Assembly: GCA_000004985.1 (NCBI GenBank)
Contig: GG739440.1
Direction: 5' to 3' (one strand)
DNA from: Naegleria gruberi
Taxonomy: Eukaryota
DNA length: 1,358 bases
This document shows, piece after piece, positions 1 to 1,358 of this stretch; within the stretch, counting starts at the first letter, position 1, and the number at the start of each line of letters is the position of its first letter. Position numbers and translations under genes: made by a program. A model generated the notes under the pieces. The model did no database searches. It was not told the origin of the DNA and worked only from the letters and a program-made list of their open reading frames with translations.

Positions 1-957
1 ATGTTTCTGAATGATCATTTCTCCATTAGGTGTAATCAAAACACCCAATGGATAATTCAAATTGGCATTTGTTGCATATTGATAATCACCATTGTACTTA
101 GAGTTACCAGTTCCTGCAACTGTAATGATAGTTCCATTAGAAAGTATTTTACGTATTCTATTATTCAGTGAATCAACAAAGTAAACTTCATTGTTAGTAG
201 CAACAGAAACACCAGCAGGGGTATTGATTTTAGCACTTGTTGCATTAATGTAATCTCCATTATATCCTGGATCATTGCTACCAATACCAGCATTGGTTGT
301 TATAACTCCATTCAAATTAACCGTTCTAATTCTATTATTATTCGAATCAGAAATAATAAGTTTACCGGATGGAGTAACTGCACATGCATATGGAAGATAC
401 AAATATGCACTTGTAGCCTGAATGTTATCACCATTGTAACCTTGATTATTATTTCCAGCAATTGTAGTAATAATACCAGAAGTAGCAGAAATCTTTCTAA
501 TTCTATTGTTATTAACATCAGCAAAAATTACATCATCATTAGGAGAAATAGTAAGACCAAAGGGGAGATAAATTTTAGCCTTCGTTGCCAAACCACCATC
601 TCCTGAAAAACCGTTTGAGCCTATACCTGCAATTGTTACAATAGTACCATTCGAAAGTATTTTACGAATTCTATGATTGCTAGAATCAGAAAAATACACC
701 AAATCTTTAGAATCAATACCAATACCATATGGACTAAACAATTGAGCTGTTGTTGCATCAATACCATCACCATTATATCCTGCAATACCTGTTCCTGCAA
801 TTGTAACTATTGTACCATTATTATAAACTTTACGAATTCTATGATGACTTTTATCTGCAATATATACCTCACCCAATGAATTAATTGCAGTGGACGATGG
901 ACCATTCAATGAAGCTGAGGTTGCTGATATACCATCACATACGCCTTGACCTGCTAT
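1..957 (-). repeat. Array of tandem NHL-repeat (beta-propeller blade) coding units with a period of about 168 nt
   Basis: Blade boundaries by the recurring [T][IV]AG motif are: B1 802-957 (aa 31-82), B2 634-801 (aa 83-138), B3 463-633 (aa 139-195), B4 295-462 (aa 196-251), B5 121-294 (aa 252-309), and partial B6 1-120 (aa 310-349). At the DNA level the conserved cores align. For example, 625-672 (acctgcaattgttacaatagtaccattcgaaagtattttacgaattct) and 112-159 (tcctgcaactgtaatgatagttccattagaaagtattttacgtattct) match at about 40 of 48 positions. The segment acg[at]attct[ag]t...atcag recurs near 151, 325, 497, 663 and 832. Confidence 0.8.
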
Positions 958-1047
958 TGTCTTAATGATAGATTTGACATCTTCTTGCAATGATGAGACA
1001 GTGCAAATGATTATTAAAATCAAGCAGCAAACAAGAAATGTTTTCAT
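1..1047 (-). CDS. NHL repeat-containing beta-propeller protein with N-terminal signal peptide. Partial: the C-terminal end runs off the window start. Start codon ATG at 1045-1047, with an alternative in-frame ATG at 1060-1062 (MNLKKMKTF...). In-frame upstream stop at 1090-1092.
   Basis: Manual translation of the reverse complement in the frame ending at nt 1047 gives 349 codons with no stop, starting MKTFLVCCLILIIICTVSSLQEDVKSIIKTIAGQGVCDGISATSASLNGPSSTAINSLGEVYIADKSHHRIRKVYNNGTIVTIAGTGIAGYNGDGIDATTAQLFSPYGIGIDSKDLVYFSDSSNHRIRKILSNGTIVTIAG... and ending in the window at ...NYPLGVLITPNGEMIIQKH. The motifs GDGG.A, A.L..P.G, [YF].[AS]D..N.RIRKI and NGTI.T[IV]AG recur about every 56 aa, which is the NHL-repeat consensus. 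A/T-ending codons dominate third positions throughout. No in-frame TGA, TAA or TAG, so this holds under any standard bacterial code. The ORF tracker missed it only because it has no stop inside the window. Confidence 0.85.
   Translation of the reverse strand, partial: MKTFLVCCLILIIICTVSSLQEDVKSIIKTIAGQGVCDGISATSASLNGPSSTAINSLGEVYIADKSHHRIRKVYNNGTIVTIAGTGIAGYNGDGIDATTAQLFSPYGIGIDSKDLVYFSDSSNHRIRKILSNGTIVTIAGIGSNGFSGDGGLATKAKIYLPFGLTISPNDDVIFADVNNNRIRKISATSGIITTIAGNNNQGYNGDNIQATSAYLYLPYACAVTPSGKLIISDSNNNRIRTVNLNGVITTNAGIGSNDPGYNGDYINATSAKINTPAGVSVATNNEVYFVDSLNNRIRKILSNGTIITVAGTGNSKYNGDYQYATNANLNYPLGVLITPNGEMIIQKH
988..1047 (-). other. Signal peptide-encoding segment, about aa 1-20
   Basis: MKTF (one basic residue), then a 13-14 residue hydrophobic core LVCCLILIIICTV, then small residues SS followed by LQED. 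This is a classical Sec type-I signal peptide layout. The Cys residues are not in a good lipobox: IIIC has Ile at position -1 instead of G/A/S. I therefore favour signal peptidase I cleavage near VSS/LQ rather than lipoprotein processing. Confidence 0.6.
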
Positions 1048-1090
1048 TTTTTTAAGGTTCATCTTTGAGTGAGTAACAATACCTTGCTTC

Positions 1091-1125
1091 TACCTATAAC
1101 TTTAGTATACTACCTGTATCTAAAG
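1091..1125. promoter_or_regulatory. Direct repeat TACCTnTAnC spaced 20 bp apart, overlapping an imperfect 10-bp hairpin or palindrome, located where the NHL gene promoter is expected
   Basis: TACCTATAAC at 1091-1100 and TACCTGTATC at 1111-1120 are direct repeats about two helical turns apart. CTTTAG(t)ATAC at 1100-1110 pairs with GTATCTAAAG at 1116-1125 around the 5-nt loop tacct, with one bulged T at 1106. On the minus strand a -10-like hexamer TATACT (plus 1104-1109) lies inside this element, about 57 nt upstream of the ATG at 1047. I could not find a convincing -35. Confidence 0.25.
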
Positions 1126-1134
1126 CACTGCTTA

Positions 1135-1166
1135 ATTGTGCGTCTTCTCTGATGTGTTCGCACAAT
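1135..1166. promoter_or_regulatory. Perfect 8-bp inverted repeat ATTGTGCG-N16-CGCACAAT, a candidate operator or transcription-factor site about 90-120 nt upstream of the NHL gene start
   Basis: Seen directly. attgtgcg at 1135-1142 is the exact reverse complement of cgcacaat at 1159-1166, with a 16-nt spacer tcttctctgatgtgtt. It is flanked by direct repeats of AAAGCACT at 1122-1129 and 1190-1197. It is GC-richer than its surroundings. I do not recognise the half-site as any named regulator's consensus. Confidence 0.3.
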
Positions 1167-1198
1167 GACATTCCCCTAATTTTGCCTAAAAAGCACTT

Positions 1199-1227
1199 TT
1201 GAGAGTTCAAGAAATGTTATGTTAAAT
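1199..1227 (+). promoter_or_regulatory. Sigma70-like promoter candidate facing away from the NHL gene: TTGAGA-N17-TTAAAT
   Basis: ttgaga at 1199-1204 matches TTGACA at 5 of 6 positions. A 17-nt spacer follows. ttaaat at 1222-1227 matches TATAAT at 4 of 6. It would drive rightward transcription toward the ATG at 1349. AT-rich DNA produces such matches readily by chance, hence the low confidence. Confidence 0.15.
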
Positions 1228-1358
1228 CTTCAACCAAAATAAATCCTTACATATGCATAATATTAATAAGGTGCTTATTTGTAATATGATACTACGGTCC
1301 TAAAAAAACCTCAATTTGCACTGTCCGTATTTTTAAAAAGAAAATAGGATGACTAATT

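Noticed and set aside
312-524. 70-aa minus-strand ORF from the supplied track (MLMLITIELERFLLLL...)
   Set aside because: It lies entirely inside the 349-codon NHL frame but in a different frame. Its translation is low-complexity Leu/Ile-rich noise typical of an off-frame reading of AT-rich coding DNA, and there is no independent start context.
673-879. 68-aa plus-strand ORF from the supplied track (MIARIRKIHQIFRINTNT...)
   Set aside because: It is antisense to the NHL gene. The RIRKI-like string is merely the mirror of the sense-strand repeat. The sequence is Cys/Asn/Ile-rich low complexity, so it is a compositional artefact.
1-1047. An alternative genetic code (TGA or TAA/TAG reassignment), considered as the reason the long ORF was missing from the track
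   Set aside because: The frame contains no TGA, TAA or TAG at all. The omission is simply because the ORF has no stop within the window, so no recoding is needed.
1-1047. Multiple N-x-S/T sequons (NGT, NAT) suggesting a eukaryotic N-glycosylated protein
   Set aside because: NGT is part of the conserved blade motif (NGTI.T) and Asn enrichment follows from the AT-rich codon bias. The lack of introns, the compact layout and the signal peptide style are equally consistent with a bacterium, so the sequons are not informative.
1152-1202. Tiny ORFs in the upstream region: 16 aa MCSHNDIPLILPKKHF at 1152-1202 and 16 aa MHNINKVLICNMILRS at 1253-1303
   Set aside because: They are the length expected by chance in AT-rich DNA. 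Neither has an RBS-like context, and the first overlaps the palindrome. There is no basis to call them peptides.
1293-1340. TACGG...CCGTA inverted repeat followed by TTTTTAAAAAG, which could look like an intrinsic terminator
   Set aside because: The stem is only 5 bp, the loop is about 27 nt and there is almost no GC. It is thermodynamically insignificant and not a credible rho-independent terminator.
1-1358. A CRISPR array, tRNA/rRNA gene, IS element or integrase remnant
   Set aside because: There is no regularly spaced identical repeat outside the coding blades, no tRNA-like cloverleaf segments, and no terminal inverted repeats or transposase-like frames. The only periodicity is explained by the protein repeat.

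Overview
The window holds the N-terminal 349 codons of one long minus-strand gene (nt 1047 down to 1, continuing past the window start) and about 310 nt of AT-rich, apparently non-coding sequence upstream of it (1048-1358). The supplied ORF track omits this gene because it has no stop codon inside the window. I recovered it by translating the reverse complement in the frame ending at nt 1047, which is open for all 349 codons with no in-frame TAA, TAG or TGA. The product begins with a typical signal peptide, MKTFLVCCLILIIICTVSSLQED. It is followed by five complete and one partial ~56-aa repeat with the NHL-repeat signature: [IV]AG.G..GYNGDG..AT.A.L..P.G, a short beta-stretch, then [AS]D..N.RIRKI..NGTI.T. 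This is a secreted or cell-surface NHL-type beta-propeller protein. The two ORFs in the track (312..524 minus, 673..879 plus) lie inside this gene in other frames and are spurious. The upstream region contains several small symmetric DNA elements that are candidate regulatory sites: an ATTGTGCG-N16-CGCACAAT palindrome, flanking AAAGCACT direct repeats, and a TACCT direct repeat overlapping an imperfect hairpin. It also has a sigma70-like hexamer pair facing away from the NHL gene and a possible divergent ATG at 1349. I see no evidence for a multi-gene system, CRISPR array, RNA gene or mobile element. Low GC, the absence of a Shine-Dalgarno sequence and the A-rich leader before the ATG are compatible with a low-GC bacterium such as Bacteroidetes, but taxonomy cannot be fixed from this window.
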